IMG/VR virus record: IMGVR_UViG_3300024232_000035
Coordinates: 1-38,939 of that record
Source: a virus
Taxonomy: Duplodnaviria; Caudoviricetes
Length of the DNA: 38,939 nt
Strand: one strand, 5' to 3'
Position numbers and translations under genes: made by a program. Shown in pieces: positions 23,385 through 33,861 of the stretch (the stretch's first letter is position 1; each line of letters opens with the position of its first letter). The notes under the pieces are model-generated. The model had not been told where the DNA came from. It did no database searches and saw only the letters and a list, made by a program, of their open reading frames with translations.

Positions 23385-24977
23385 CTAGGAAACTCCCCAC
23401 AGTGAAAGAGTGATTAGGTTCTTCCCCGGATTATAGACAATCCCGGTAACGAGCATCACCTTGCCGCTGGTATAGCCAAATCGAGGAACGGTGAGTGTAA
23501 CGCCTTTTCCGATATCGATTGTTGAGATAACCGTCGGAGTTATCTCAAGATCAACCTCAATAAAGTCTTGTCGTCCATCGAGTAGGCCAAGCATCCTGGT
23601 GGCCTCTGCATTTGCGTCAGCAATCTCCAAGAAAAGACTATCAATCTTCTTTTCTTGGGCGAGTGGATTATTAGTCTGAGTCGTGGTGTTATCGACGGGT
23701 GATGTTGTGCGGAACTCCAATTCAAGAAAGTTCCGCCGCGCGGCCGTGACACTTGTGGCAACTCGATCACCTTGTTGAATAGTCCAATTCTTCCAGTAGT
23801 TTAATGAGACTCGCCATACCGGCTTGCCGCGATCGGGTGCCTTAGTTGGAAGAAATCGGAGGTCTTCAATATCGTAATCATCCGAGTCAAGGACGGTCGT
23901 GCTCAACTCACCAACAACAAGATTCGCAACAGAGCTGGCCGGTGTTTCGAGGCGGCCCATTCGAAACTTGCCCAGGCGGTCGAATCCATACCAGCCGCTA
24001 ATTCCAAGAAACAACGGATCAAGTGCATCGATAAAAGTCGCACCCTCGTCTTTTATATAGACTCCCATTCGTAGGCCGGTATAGACCGAGTCGAGATACG
24101 TGACATCTCCTGCGGTAACGTCTCCGCTTGAGATACCGCCCGGTCCTGTCACAATGTCCTGGGCGAGCTGCGCAACAGTCTCGTCCGAGAACGAGGCGCT
24201 TGTGCTTATGTCACAGGTAATGGAACCGTTAGCGGCTGCGCCCGTCCCAACTCGGAACATGCCGCCTGCTGGCCACGACGAGAAGTGTCCTGCGGCCCTA
24301 GCAGTCGCCTCCATGTTAGCCTGGCTGGTATAATCTGCGTCTTGTGTGAGCTGGACACCCTTGTCAAAGACGTTGATGCCGCTGCCACCAGCCGCAATAC
24401 CTCCGCTTGTGTCCGTAGCCTGAAAGATTAGTTTATCAGTGTTCACACAGACTGGCGTTATGTTTGAAACGGCGCCGAACACTTTCGGCTTTGGTTGTCC
24501 TTTGATGTCGTCTGTGCCATCAACACCAGCCGGTAATACGTTGGTGCCACCATATCGGCTCGTCTGTATCGGCTGACGAAGATCCTCGAGCCGATCCCTA
24601 AAAGTAATCTCAACGCTAACAAGATCGAATAACGCTTGTTCAATCTTTGCTGTATATAAAGTGACAAAACTAGCGACGGCGGTATCGGTTGATAGCCCAA
24701 TAAGAAACGTGGCGGTTTGGCCAGCTAGACCCCAGTCTCGGAGATAATCTAAGTCCCCGTTTACGTTATCAAGTTTCAAGCTATCGTACGACTGCGAAAC
24801 CTCTCCGCCCAGGCGGGCGCCTATGGAAATCTCTCTGCGAAAGATGGGGAGCTGAAGAATGCGGTCGTCGTATCCCGCGCCAGATGTCGGCGAAAAACTT
24901 CTTGAAGAGAACAAGAGGGTAACGATACCGCCACCGGGATTCTTCGCATCGATTGAGCACAGGATAGTGATACTCAT
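23385..24977 (-). CDS. Tail-tip / hub-like protein, paralog B
   Basis: KGQPKPKVFGAVSNITP, GWYGFDRLGKFR and LTVPRFG; aligns end to end with the C-terminal ~520 aa of 24974..27265. Confidence 0.75.
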   Translation of the reverse strand: MSITILCSIDAKNPGGGIVTLLFSSRSFSPTSGAGYDDRILQLPIFRREISIGARLGGEVSQSYDSLKLDNVNGDLDYLRDWGLAGQTATFLIGLSTDTAVASFVTLYTAKIEQALFDLVSVEITFRDRLEDLRQPIQTSRYGGTNVLPAGVDGTDDIKGQPKPKVFGAVSNITPVCVNTDKLIFQATDTSGGIAAGGSGINVFDKGVQLTQDADYTSQANMEATARAAGHFSSWPAGGMFRVGTGAAANGSITCDISTSASFSDETVAQLAQDIVTGPGGISSGDVTAGDVTYLDSVYTGLRMGVYIKDEGATFIDALDPLFLGISGWYGFDRLGKFRMGRLETPASSVANLVVGELSTTVLDSDDYDIEDLRFLPTKAPDRGKPVWRVSLNYWKNWTIQQGDRVATSVTAARRNFLELEFRTTSPVDNTTTQTNNPLAQEKKIDSLFLEIADANAEATRMLGLLDGRQDFIEVDLEITPTVISTIDIGKGVTLTVPRFGYTSGKVMLVTGIVYNPGKNLITLSLWGVS

Positions 24978-27265
24978 ACGACCGGACCCCAGGCGGAAAT
25001 CGTCATTACCTCTCTCGCCGGGTTATAGAATACTCCTGTTACGGATAGCACTCTACCCGAATCATAATTGAATCTTGGGTACTTTAATGTAATATCTTTT
25101 CCAATGTCTATTGATGCGACGACCTCTTTAGTAAGCCTGACATCAATCTCAAAGAAGTCTTGCCGGCCAGAATAGAGCGCGAGCAGTCTGTCGCGTTCCG
25201 TGTTTGCGTCGGACAGTGTGGTAAGGAGCGTCTGGACTGTTAGTTCGGATGCGAACGGATTATTGGCGAGCGTCGTACTATTGTCCGCTTTATCTGTCGC
25301 GCGATATTCAAGCTCAAGGAAATTTCTCTGCGCAGTAGATACTGAACCTGCCACTAAGTCGCCCGCTTGCACCGTATAGTTCTTCTTATAGTTGACGATA
25401 ACGCGATAGGTCGGCTTACCGCGATCCGGCGCTTTCGTCGGAACCATGCGAATTTCGTTTATCTCAATATCGCCAGCCTCAAGGACTTCGTCAGAAAGTC
25501 GGACAATCGGATTAGAAGGAATATCTAATCTCATCATTCGGAACTTCCCAAAGCGATCAAAGCCGCACCAGGCACCGACAGATTTGAGGACTTCAAGGGC
25601 TGCATCCAAAACTGTTGTCTCATCTCTTATCCAAATTCCAACTTCAGCAGAGTTCTTAATATCGAGATTTGTTACATCGCTTGTCTGGACGTCTGTTAGC
25701 AATATCCCGTTCGTGCTTGTGACAATCGATAATGCCACCTGGGCCGCAGTCCTACTCGCTGCGGTAGACCCTTTGGTTATGTCGCACGTCAACGATCCGG
25801 CCGGCGCGACGACTGGCGTAGGCGACCCTGACCGAAGATAACCATGTGCTAGATTAGCCCTGTAATGACCGCCTGCTGTGGTGCTAGACATATCGTCTGT
25901 CGGATAGTCTGCGTCTCTCGTATAGACCACTCCGTGATCGTATAACACGACGTTGTCATACGCGCCATCATTCAACTGAAATACATTTGCCTCGGTTGCA
26001 ACGTTTGGTGGGCTGACATTATAGACCTGTCCAAAGACTAAGGGTTTCGGCAGCCCTTTTAAGTCGTCTCTTCCTTCTCGATTACTTGATAAGGACGGAG
26101 TGGGATTCGTCCCAGCAAACTTATTCGATTGGATATTCTTCTGGAGATCTTCCATCCGGTCGTGAAACTGGAATTCAATTGTGTTTATATCAAAAAGGAC
26201 TTGCTCCAAACGAGCGGTGAATAGGATTTCAAAATCGGTATAGACATCGCCATTGTCTCCGATTAGGAATTGAGCTTGCTGTCCAGCCAGTCCCCAGTCG
26301 CGGAGGTAGTCTAGACTCCCATCACTATTGTCCAGTTTAAGACTATCGGTCTTAACCGATGATTCTCCGCTGAGTGCCGCACCGAAAGAAATCTCTCGCT
26401 GGAATGTAGGCAGTTGAAGAATACGATCTTCGTAATAACCTGGCGCAGATGGATCGTTATATCCAATAGAACCAAATCTCAATGTTGAGATACCAGCACC
26501 GGGATCTTTTACGTTTATATTACATAAAATAATTGTACCGTGAGGACGATAGGAGAAGTCAAGGTATCCTGAAGAAGAGCCAGTGGGAGCAAGAAACTCC
26601 CACATCGCTGCGCCGGATGTATTGCCGCTTTCAAGTCCGGACCAGACGACGTTCGTGCCTGACGTATATCCAGTCGCCGCAATGTCTGCTGATGCTCCAG
26701 TAAAGAACGTCGTAATCGTTTGTCCACGATTAGAGAATCCAGATGGCGCGCCGGCTGTGATCGTGGTTGTTGTCCGGTCGATAACCAGCGTAACAATCAA
26801 CGAACTAATAGCATTCTTCGTAAAACCTGTGAGGGTGTTCGTTGTTCCGGATACATTGGCCGTGTTAGTGATGAAGTTAATACCTGTCGCATTCTGTCCG
26901 ACATAGATCATTATGCCGCCAAAGTCACAACCGCTGTATGTGGGCGGACTAGAAATGTCTCCTGAAGTTAGTCCTACTTTATGAAACGCAGAATAGAATG
27001 ATCCAAAGACATTGATCTGCGCGGCGGTTACATCCTGGGGAGTCCAGCCTGTCCCGGTTAAGGTCAACGACCCATTACCGAAGAGCAGTATAACAGCTGA
27101 GTCGCCTGCTACAGTGCCAGACGGCCACGCGACGGTCCCTGAGTTGGCCTCAACTATGCTCTGTCCACGAAAGGTCGCAGCGGGGATAGCACCGGAAGGA
27201 GGTTCATCGTGATAGTGGACGAACCCTTCGAATTGTCCTAATGTGAATCCGCCTAGCGCATCCAT
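24974..27265 (-). CDS. Tail-tip / hub-like protein, paralog A, with an extra ~240-aa N-terminal domain
   Basis: KGLPKPLVFGQVYNVSP, AWCGFDRFGKFR and LKYPRFN; Gly/Thr/Ser-rich N-terminal extension. Confidence 0.75.
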   Translation of the reverse strand: MDALGGFTLGQFEGFVHYHDEPPSGAIPAATFRGQSIVEANSGTVAWPSGTVAGDSAVILLFGNGSLTLTGTGWTPQDVTAAQINVFGSFYSAFHKVGLTSGDISSPPTYSGCDFGGIMIYVGQNATGINFITNTANVSGTTNTLTGFTKNAISSLIVTLVIDRTTTTITAGAPSGFSNRGQTITTFFTGASADIAATGYTSGTNVVWSGLESGNTSGAAMWEFLAPTGSSSGYLDFSYRPHGTIILCNINVKDPGAGISTLRFGSIGYNDPSAPGYYEDRILQLPTFQREISFGAALSGESSVKTDSLKLDNSDGSLDYLRDWGLAGQQAQFLIGDNGDVYTDFEILFTARLEQVLFDINTIEFQFHDRMEDLQKNIQSNKFAGTNPTPSLSSNREGRDDLKGLPKPLVFGQVYNVSPPNVATEANVFQLNDGAYDNVVLYDHGVVYTRDADYPTDDMSSTTAGGHYRANLAHGYLRSGSPTPVVAPAGSLTCDITKGSTAASRTAAQVALSIVTSTNGILLTDVQTSDVTNLDIKNSAEVGIWIRDETTVLDAALEVLKSVGAWCGFDRFGKFRMMRLDIPSNPIVRLSDEVLEAGDIEINEIRMVPTKAPDRGKPTYRVIVNYKKNYTVQAGDLVAGSVSTAQRNFLELEYRATDKADNSTTLANNPFASELTVQTLLTTLSDANTERDRLLALYSGRQDFFEIDVRLTKEVVASIDIGKDITLKYPRFNYDSGRVLSVTGVFYNPAREVMTISAWGPVV

Positions 27266-28096
27266 CTAAGCTGCTTCATAAAAGCCAGATACTCTACATT
27301 GCACGTTATTGGCTGTTAGAGGAGATAGATTATCGTATTTAACTATAAAGACATGAGTGGTGTCGCTAAGAAAACCAGTCAAGGTACTACCTGTTATAAC
27401 TGCCTCTCTTCCATGAAGGAAATAATGAGGAAACTTTACAGAGACCGCCGTTACCGGCAATGTCAAGATTGGATAATCCGCTGTACCGATCGCAGGAACA
27501 GTCACGCTTACTCTAATGAATACAGTTTTTCCGATCTGCTTATATGCTCCTTCTGCCACAGGTGAGGAAGGACCATAGGCGCCAGAGTTAGCCGTTACCG
27601 TAGGAGTATAACCTGTCCAGCCAGCATTATCTAAAACAGTAGTTCCGCCGATTTGATAATTAGTGGTTATGTTGATTCCGGCAGACAGAGTGCCAACGTC
27701 CGTGATGCCAGTGTACCCACCAGACACTCTACCACTTGGGATCGTACCAGTCGAAAGGTCGGAGGCACTTCCTGATATTGCAATCGGCGCCAACGTCTCG
27801 GCTAGAAAGGTAACGATGACTTCAGCCGAACCCGACAGCGATATCTTCCCTGTATTAGCAGCACCAGTTGATCGAAGAACAGTGTCGCGCGATAGGGTAG
27901 TACCAGCCCCGGTATAGGTTCCAATACCTACCTCGGCTCCACCATTAGCATCGCGCAGTGAGTACCAGACGGTATCCCCATTCGCAACGCCCGCCTGGGC
28001 GAATGTCAAATAGCCGGAAACCGCACCGCCCAGGGTGACGGTCCCTGTCCCCGTCGTGGTTGTCGTGACGCGGGCGAGATTAACTAGCTTCGTCAC
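27266..28096 (-). CDS. Tail fibre protein
   Basis: N-terminal RVTTTTTGTGTVTLGGAVSGY.TF...EVGIGTY...LSR anchor typical of proteobacterial phage fibres; C-terminal WTGYTPT..G.YKQIGKTVF..LTLPV..SGFYE tip domain. Confidence 0.8.
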   Translation of the reverse strand: MTKLVNLARVTTTTTGTGTVTLGGAVSGYLTFAQAGVANGDTVWYSLRDANGGAEVGIGTYTGAGTTLSRDTVLRSTGAANTGKISLSGSAEVIVTFLAETLAPIAISGSASDLSTGTIPSGRVSGGYTGITDVGTLSAGINITTNYQIGGTTVLDNAGWTGYTPTVTANSGAYGPSSPVAEGAYKQIGKTVFIRVSVTVPAIGTADYPILTLPVTAVSVKFPHYFLHGREAVITGSTLTGFLSDTTHVFIVKYDNLSPLTANNVQCRVSGFYEAA

Positions 28097-31000
28097 GCTG
28101 CGATCCTCTGCAGCCAGAACACAGCCTGTTGGAGCTGCCCGACAGCGGCGGCGGTCTGCCCTGCATTCGAATTACCTTCATCGATTACGAACCGCTGCAA
28201 TGCCCAAAGGTCTTGACGAATGGCATTCAGCGTAGCGATAACGGCGGCGGAGACATTGTATTGAGCGGTGATCTCCTGGCCAATCATATACACGTTCGCA
28301 TTACTGTGATTGTATATCGCGGCAACAATTTGCTGCCACGCGACCGACTCGTAATACGCGATCGTGTTGATGATACTATTAGTGAAGAGGTTATCCAAAC
28401 CGAGCTGAGTGTTCGCCAAGTACGTCATCAATGACATGCTGTTATTCGCAAACGCATTCTCCGCTTGAACGATACTGTTGGCTGCGCCGTATACAGCTCC
28501 AATCTCATTACTTGAGAAAGCTGCGTTGGTATTGATTAGGGCACCACCGATATAGAACACAGCCCCGCCAATGGCTTGCGCGTCCTGCGACGAACCGGCC
28601 AAGATGCGAGAAGCCGCATTGTCATTCGCTGCGATTTGTTGTCTTGCGATGTTATCGTTTGATGCCTTGGCGTCCGCCGCAGCTCTATTATTCGCAGCGA
28701 TGATATCTGCTGCTGCCTTATTGTTCGAGGCAATCAACTCATCTAGCTTAGCATTGTTTGCATCGATTGCCTTCTCGGTTGCCGCGTCATTGGCATCGAT
28801 TAGTTCTTTAGCCTTGTCGGCATAACCCTGGACAATATCATCCGCAGCGTCGCGGAGATCTTTTGCCGTAGCTTGTGCTTGGTCGGTTGCACCTTGATCG
28901 ACGCCGGGCAAACTATTCAATGCGTCGAGAACACTCTTATAAAGGGCTGCGCCCTGCTCGCCGCCAGCATAATAACTTTCGATCTGTTTGATATAGGCAT
29001 CAGCATACTGAGTCGCTTTTGACAATGCATCGACATCGCCAGCTTTGGCCTTAGTAATGATGTCTTGAAACTGAGTTGCTGCTTCGTTGAAACGAGACTC
29101 AGGCGAAGTGTAGAGCTGCTCTGACACAGCAAGTGACTTCAGGTATTCTTTAATGCGCGCGCCCTCTTCGAGGATGCGATTGTAATTCTCCTCAGCCTTA
29201 GCTGCGTCTGACAATGCCTTACGCATGCCTTCGGCTTCTTTGACCCAATCGCCAAAGACATCTTTGAACTCACTAAGATGATCTTTAACCTTGTTGAAAT
29301 CAGCATCAGATAAGCCGGTAAGGATCGACAGAGCCTTATAGTGCGACAACTGTCCAATCTGGTCGTCTACGCCAGAACCACCGCCCGCAATCTTTAGTTC
29401 GTTGGCCTTCTTTTCAAGGTCACGTTCATTGTCAAAGACAGCCTGAATTTGATTAAGTGCGCCAAGTCCCTGGGACTCACGCAAGGCTACGAGAGTGCTT
29501 TGATTCAGTTCCTCACGGAAAGCTTTTTGTTGTTCCTCGAGGTCTTTCTGAGCGTTGGTCGTTTCGGTCGCAGAATCGCCCAGGTCGCGGATGGAACGCG
29601 CGAGGTCCGCAATCGAGCTATCAGCGTCTTTGTAATAGTCGATGACATCGTTAAGCTTGTCTTTGTCGAGTCCTTGAATGACGCTACGGATTGCAGCCAT
29701 CTTGGACTGATCAATAATGTCTTGCGTACCTTTATTGCCACCTAGTCCGACCGCCTGGGACTCTCGAATTGAGGACTGCGTCTTAGTGACAATCGAATTG
29801 ATGCTGTTAAGATAATCGCGACCCGTTGAATTAAAGAAGTCTTCATACAAAGCTTTATTAAAATCGCCTTGAAGACGCTTCGTCGCTTCGGCTAGACCCG
29901 CATTAACTGGATCAAGACTGAGTCCGAACTTCTCTGCGTTCTGACGCAATTCATCGAAGGCGGTTGTGATCTGCGACATTGCCTGCGCGAATGGGCCGAC
30001 CGAGTTTGTGTCTTTCTCAATCTCTGTAAAAGCATCAGCCGCAGCATCTTTGAGATGATCGTAAGCCACGGCAAACTTAGCAGCGCCTTCAATCTCATCG
30101 GGGTTCGTGACTTGGCCCAGGACATTCGTTACAGTGTCCGAGACACCTTCTAACGAGTGCGCAATGGCAAGCTCGAGGAATTTAGTCGCTCCAGCCACAT
30201 CTCCTTGACCAAATCGTGCTTCTCCTTTCAGGTCGCCGATTTGACCATTGATAACGATCCCTCGACGCGACCCGGTGGAAATGGTGAATCCGCCAGGTGC
30301 GTTCCCGCCTGTAAGCTGTTTGAGAGTAGCGGTAAGCTCCGACACGCTCTTGAAAATTGCCTGAGTGCTTTGGTCGTTGGCCGCGACACCGTGCGACTGT
30401 GCTCCACCGGATTGACCGGACGCCAAGTCGAAGGAGATGGCGCTTGCTTGGTCTGGCTTCTTGCCACCGAAGAGACCGTCAAATACGCCAAGGAGGCCGA
30501 GCACACCAACACCAAGACCGATCGGTCCAAGGAGTCCTGATAGAGTTGTTGACCCGAGAATTCCGCCTGACGCGAGTGTCGGACCAACTGTACCGGCCAG
30601 CGGCAGGCCACCAGTTGATAGACCAAGGACTGAAGCGCCAAAAGAATCGATAGAATTAGTCAGGCCGCTGAACAGACCTTTCAATCCTCCAGAACCAAAA
30701 ATGTCGCCGAAGATTCCAGTGTCTTTCGCTAGTCCACCGATCTGCGCAACTGTACCGATATTGATTGAACCATCCGGATTCGCTTTAACGCTATCGCTTG
30801 ACGATCCAAACAGGGATCCGAATCCCTGCGCCGCAGAACCAAATCCTAAGCCTCGAATAACGTCTCCGATAAGCGGCTTAATGACAAGCCCCGTCGCCAT
30901 CTGTGCGGCGATCTGCGACAAGGCGGTCGTAATCTTCTGCTTCCAATCAGTAATCTTCTTGCCGCTGAATACGTCCTCGAGCGCTTGGCCCAGGTTGCTA

Positions 31001-33861
31001 ACAACGCTGTCGGCCGCACTCCGGATAGCATCATCAAGTCGCTGCTGCGCCTGGACCGCCTCATTCCGTTTGATATTCGCGCGCTCAAGATTGTCGACAG
31101 ACTTGAGCTCCGCCTGGGCGATTTCGCTTGATAAATCAACACCACGCCGCTTCAGGTCTTGCTGAGTTTGCAGAAGCCTGATCTGTCTTTGGATCTCGTC
31201 TGTTTGTTTGCCTTGAAGGCTCGTCTCAAGTTCAACAAGCTGTTGCCGATCTTTATTGGCGTTAATGTTTCTTTGGACCTGAAGTGTCTGCTGAAGGACA
31301 TCATTCGCGCGGATTTGGATTGCTGTCTTATCAGCAATCGCTTTCGCGGCTTCAGTCGTAATATCTTTATCAGCTGCTTTGGCGGCTGTCAATGCTGCAT
31401 GAGTCGTCGCGGTAATCTGATTCTGAAGCGCTGCCTCATGCTCTTGTTGCGTGCCTTCCTTCGACGCATTAACGAGGCGCCCAACTGCGAGCTGTTGCTC
31501 ACTTAGGACCGGGAGCTGCTTTGCAAGCTGCCCAGTGGCCTCTGCGGAGGCCGTGGCGAGTATCTCTTGCGCCTTAGCGGCACCGCTCTGCGCCTGTGAC
31601 TGTTTCGCTGCTAGCTCGCCTTGCGCGGCTGCGAGACGGCGCTGTTGCTCTACCTCATTCTCACCAGCCGCTGCCGAGTCAAGGACGCCTTTATTGTAAT
31701 CAGCTTGAAATACGCTCGCGCGCTGAAGCTGAACATTATGCGCTTCAACTGCATCACGACCTCTTTGCTGCGCCTGCCATTCTTTCTCTTGACCCTGAAG
31801 ATTGGAGGTGCTTAACGACTCTTGATAGGCGCGCTGAAAGATTAAATTCTCATTATACTCTTTCTCTGCGTCTCGTGCCCGCTTCCTAGCTTCAGTCTCT
31901 TTATTGATCGCATCGAGATTAGACTCGCGTGGACGGTCTAAAGCTGGCCCGGTGGCTCCGGTAGGTCCAGCAGAGTCGGCCGCTCCGCCTGTGACATTGG
32001 CGACATATGCTTTCACAGCAGATGGCATTGCCAGCCTGCCAGACAAGAACTTCTGGTAGTTGCCTGGACCCCAATTATAAGCGGCTAAGGCAGCATCAAT
32101 ACTTCCGAACTGATCAAGAAGCTTTTGAAGATACTTCACTCCGCCGACAACATTCTCTTGGGCGTTATACGGGTTCACGCCCATATCTTGTGCAGTGCCC
32201 GGCAAGAGTTGAGTTAGTCCAATCGCCCCGGCTGGAGATATAGCGCTTTGCTTACCTCCGCTTTCAACTCTAATTAATGATTTAACTAGAGCTTCAGTTA
32301 TCTGACCTCCAGCTTCACCTGACGAAGAAATCTTCTTCGCTACGGCACCAAGCAATTCGTCAACACCCATAGCGCCATATGCTGGACCGTAGGCACTACG
32401 ATATGCAGAGTCCGCATTATAAGCAGTTGAATTAGTGCCTTGATTAGGAATATAATAGAATTCATCTACACGAGACTGTTGTTGTTGACGCGGCGGTATC
32501 GGTGCGACAGCAGAGGGAGTTTTATTACCTTTCAACCAATCAGGTATGTTTCTATTGATGAAATCACCGATGCCTTTAATCTCATCAAGAGTTGGCTTCA
32601 AGCCCTCGATGTTAAAGATGTCTTTCCACTCAAGCTTGTTGTGAGCAAGCTTCTCAATAATGTTAAGAAGTTCTGTTAAATCTTTAACAAGTTGAGAAAT
32701 GACAGTTGATCTAGACAACGTGTCGACCAACGTCCCCCAGGCCGCTTTCAGATCATTCGCGGCTCTGGTAGAATTACTCATTGCGTCGCGTGCTTTACCG
32801 CCAACGGTATCCGCAATCGCTTGGAACGCTATGTTGACCGCTTTGGCGCTCTCCGAATGAAGCGCCATTGTCCGAAGATTCTGTGCCTGTACTGCATCGA
32901 ACGCTTTGACCTCGAGGCCAAGCTTGATCATGGCCTCGGCGCCAGCGGCAATCGCCTCGTTTAGTTGCTTCGCACGGTCAATAGCATCACCGCCAAATGC
33001 AGCGGCGATATTCGCTCCAGTTTCGATTATCTGTTTTGCGAAAGCAGGATTAACGCCTTCGGTCCGTACTATCTCAAGTATTGATTTCCTTGCGTCGCCA
33101 GCCGAGATGCCAAGCTGTTGCAGGCCGCGAACCATGTCCTCAAAGTCTTTGCCGTTCGCGAGTGCTCTCGTGTGCATCGCGTCCAAAGAGATATTTATCT
33201 GTTTCGCTTCCTGGTCTAACTTTGCAGCATTAAAAGCAAGAGCAAGAGCTCCTGCGGCGAGGGTAGCGAAGACAGCATTGAGAGCCGCACCTGCCGGGAC
33301 CAAAGACCTAAGCTGCGCGCCAAATGCGGTGAGGACCGCAGTCGCTCCACCGCCTTGCGCGAAAGCAATCCTAACCTGATCTCCCTGTTGTGCAAGGACA
33401 CGGAACGGACTTGCACCCGAGGCTAGGCTTGTCCCAATATCACCAAGCTGGAATCCAAAGTTCTTAACAGCTTGATCTAATGCTCGAGTGCTTACTATCG
33501 CCTTTTCTGCGACCGCAGTATTATCGTTCTGCGCTCCTGTGAGATCCTTATACCGCCTCTGAATCCCCGCCAAAGACTTTTCGTATTCAGCTGCGCTGAG
33601 ACCAGCACTCTTAAACTTTTCAAGATCGGCTAGCGCCTTCGAGAAGTCTTGTTGAGCTTTATATCCATCGATGTTCGCCTTCTTGAAACGCTCAAGTGAA
33701 GTCGCTCCGGTTGTAAGGCGACGTTCGGTCAGCTCAATAGACTTATCAACTTTCGCCGTACTATCAGCCATCCTCTTGTTAGCGTCTTCGACGGCTTTCG
33801 CCTCGCTAACGTAACCAGAAGCGTCGGCATCAATCTTAAGAGTATTGATTGCAACGGCCAT
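28093..33861 (-). CDS. Tail tape measure protein with an internal SLT lytic transglycosylase domain
   Basis: 1922 aa, helical and Ala-rich; NFGFQLGDIGTSLASGASPFRVLAQQG tape-measure motif; SLT motifs IRVESGG, AIGLTQLLPGTA and ALAAYNWG; follows the chaperone genes. Confidence 0.95.
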   Translation of the reverse strand: MAVAINTLKIDADASGYVSEAKAVEDANKRMADSTAKVDKSIELTERRLTTGATSLERFKKANIDGYKAQQDFSKALADLEKFKSAGLSAAEYEKSLAGIQRRYKDLTGAQNDNTAVAEKAIVSTRALDQAVKNFGFQLGDIGTSLASGASPFRVLAQQGDQVRIAFAQGGGATAVLTAFGAQLRSLVPAGAALNAVFATLAAGALALAFNAAKLDQEAKQINISLDAMHTRALANGKDFEDMVRGLQQLGISAGDARKSILEIVRTEGVNPAFAKQIIETGANIAAAFGGDAIDRAKQLNEAIAAGAEAMIKLGLEVKAFDAVQAQNLRTMALHSESAKAVNIAFQAIADTVGGKARDAMSNSTRAANDLKAAWGTLVDTLSRSTVISQLVKDLTELLNIIEKLAHNKLEWKDIFNIEGLKPTLDEIKGIGDFINRNIPDWLKGNKTPSAVAPIPPRQQQQSRVDEFYYIPNQGTNSTAYNADSAYRSAYGPAYGAMGVDELLGAVAKKISSSGEAGGQITEALVKSLIRVESGGKQSAISPAGAIGLTQLLPGTAQDMGVNPYNAQENVVGGVKYLQKLLDQFGSIDAALAAYNWGPGNYQKFLSGRLAMPSAVKAYVANVTGGAADSAGPTGATGPALDRPRESNLDAINKETEARKRARDAEKEYNENLIFQRAYQESLSTSNLQGQEKEWQAQQRGRDAVEAHNVQLQRASVFQADYNKGVLDSAAAGENEVEQQRRLAAAQGELAAKQSQAQSGAAKAQEILATASAEATGQLAKQLPVLSEQQLAVGRLVNASKEGTQQEHEAALQNQITATTHAALTAAKAADKDITTEAAKAIADKTAIQIRANDVLQQTLQVQRNINANKDRQQLVELETSLQGKQTDEIQRQIRLLQTQQDLKRRGVDLSSEIAQAELKSVDNLERANIKRNEAVQAQQRLDDAIRSAADSVVSNLGQALEDVFSGKKITDWKQKITTALSQIAAQMATGLVIKPLIGDVIRGLGFGSAAQGFGSLFGSSSDSVKANPDGSINIGTVAQIGGLAKDTGIFGDIFGSGGLKGLFSGLTNSIDSFGASVLGLSTGGLPLAGTVGPTLASGGILGSTTLSGLLGPIGLGVGVLGLLGVFDGLFGGKKPDQASAISFDLASGQSGGAQSHGVAANDQSTQAIFKSVSELTATLKQLTGGNAPGGFTISTGSRRGIVINGQIGDLKGEARFGQGDVAGATKFLELAIAHSLEGVSDTVTNVLGQVTNPDEIEGAAKFAVAYDHLKDAAADAFTEIEKDTNSVGPFAQAMSQITTAFDELRQNAEKFGLSLDPVNAGLAEATKRLQGDFNKALYEDFFNSTGRDYLNSINSIVTKTQSSIRESQAVGLGGNKGTQDIIDQSKMAAIRSVIQGLDKDKLNDVIDYYKDADSSIADLARSIRDLGDSATETTNAQKDLEEQQKAFREELNQSTLVALRESQGLGALNQIQAVFDNERDLEKKANELKIAGGGSGVDDQIGQLSHYKALSILTGLSDADFNKVKDHLSEFKDVFGDWVKEAEGMRKALSDAAKAEENYNRILEEGARIKEYLKSLAVSEQLYTSPESRFNEAATQFQDIITKAKAGDVDALSKATQYADAYIKQIESYYAGGEQGAALYKSVLDALNSLPGVDQGATDQAQATAKDLRDAADDIVQGYADKAKELIDANDAATEKAIDANNAKLDELIASNNKAAADIIAANNRAAADAKASNDNIARQQIAANDNAASRILAGSSQDAQAIGGAVFYIGGALINTNAAFSSNEIGAVYGAANSIVQAENAFANNSMSLMTYLANTQLGLDNLFTNSIINTIAYYESVAWQQIVAAIYNHSNANVYMIGQEITAQYNVSAAVIATLNAIRQDLWALQRFVIDEGNSNAGQTAAAVGQLQQAVFWLQRIAA

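Noticed and set aside
23385-27265. Diversity-generating retroelement or invertible tail cassette
   Set aside because: No reverse transcriptase or invertase in the window. The copies are in direct orientation and differ at synonymous positions rather than specifically at adenines.
30437-31165. 242-aa Pro-rich + strand ORF, and similar ORFs opposite the tape measure, tube, helicase and DUF2786 genes
   Set aside because: Antisense shadows caused by codon bias of the real genes; no SD or recognisable domains.
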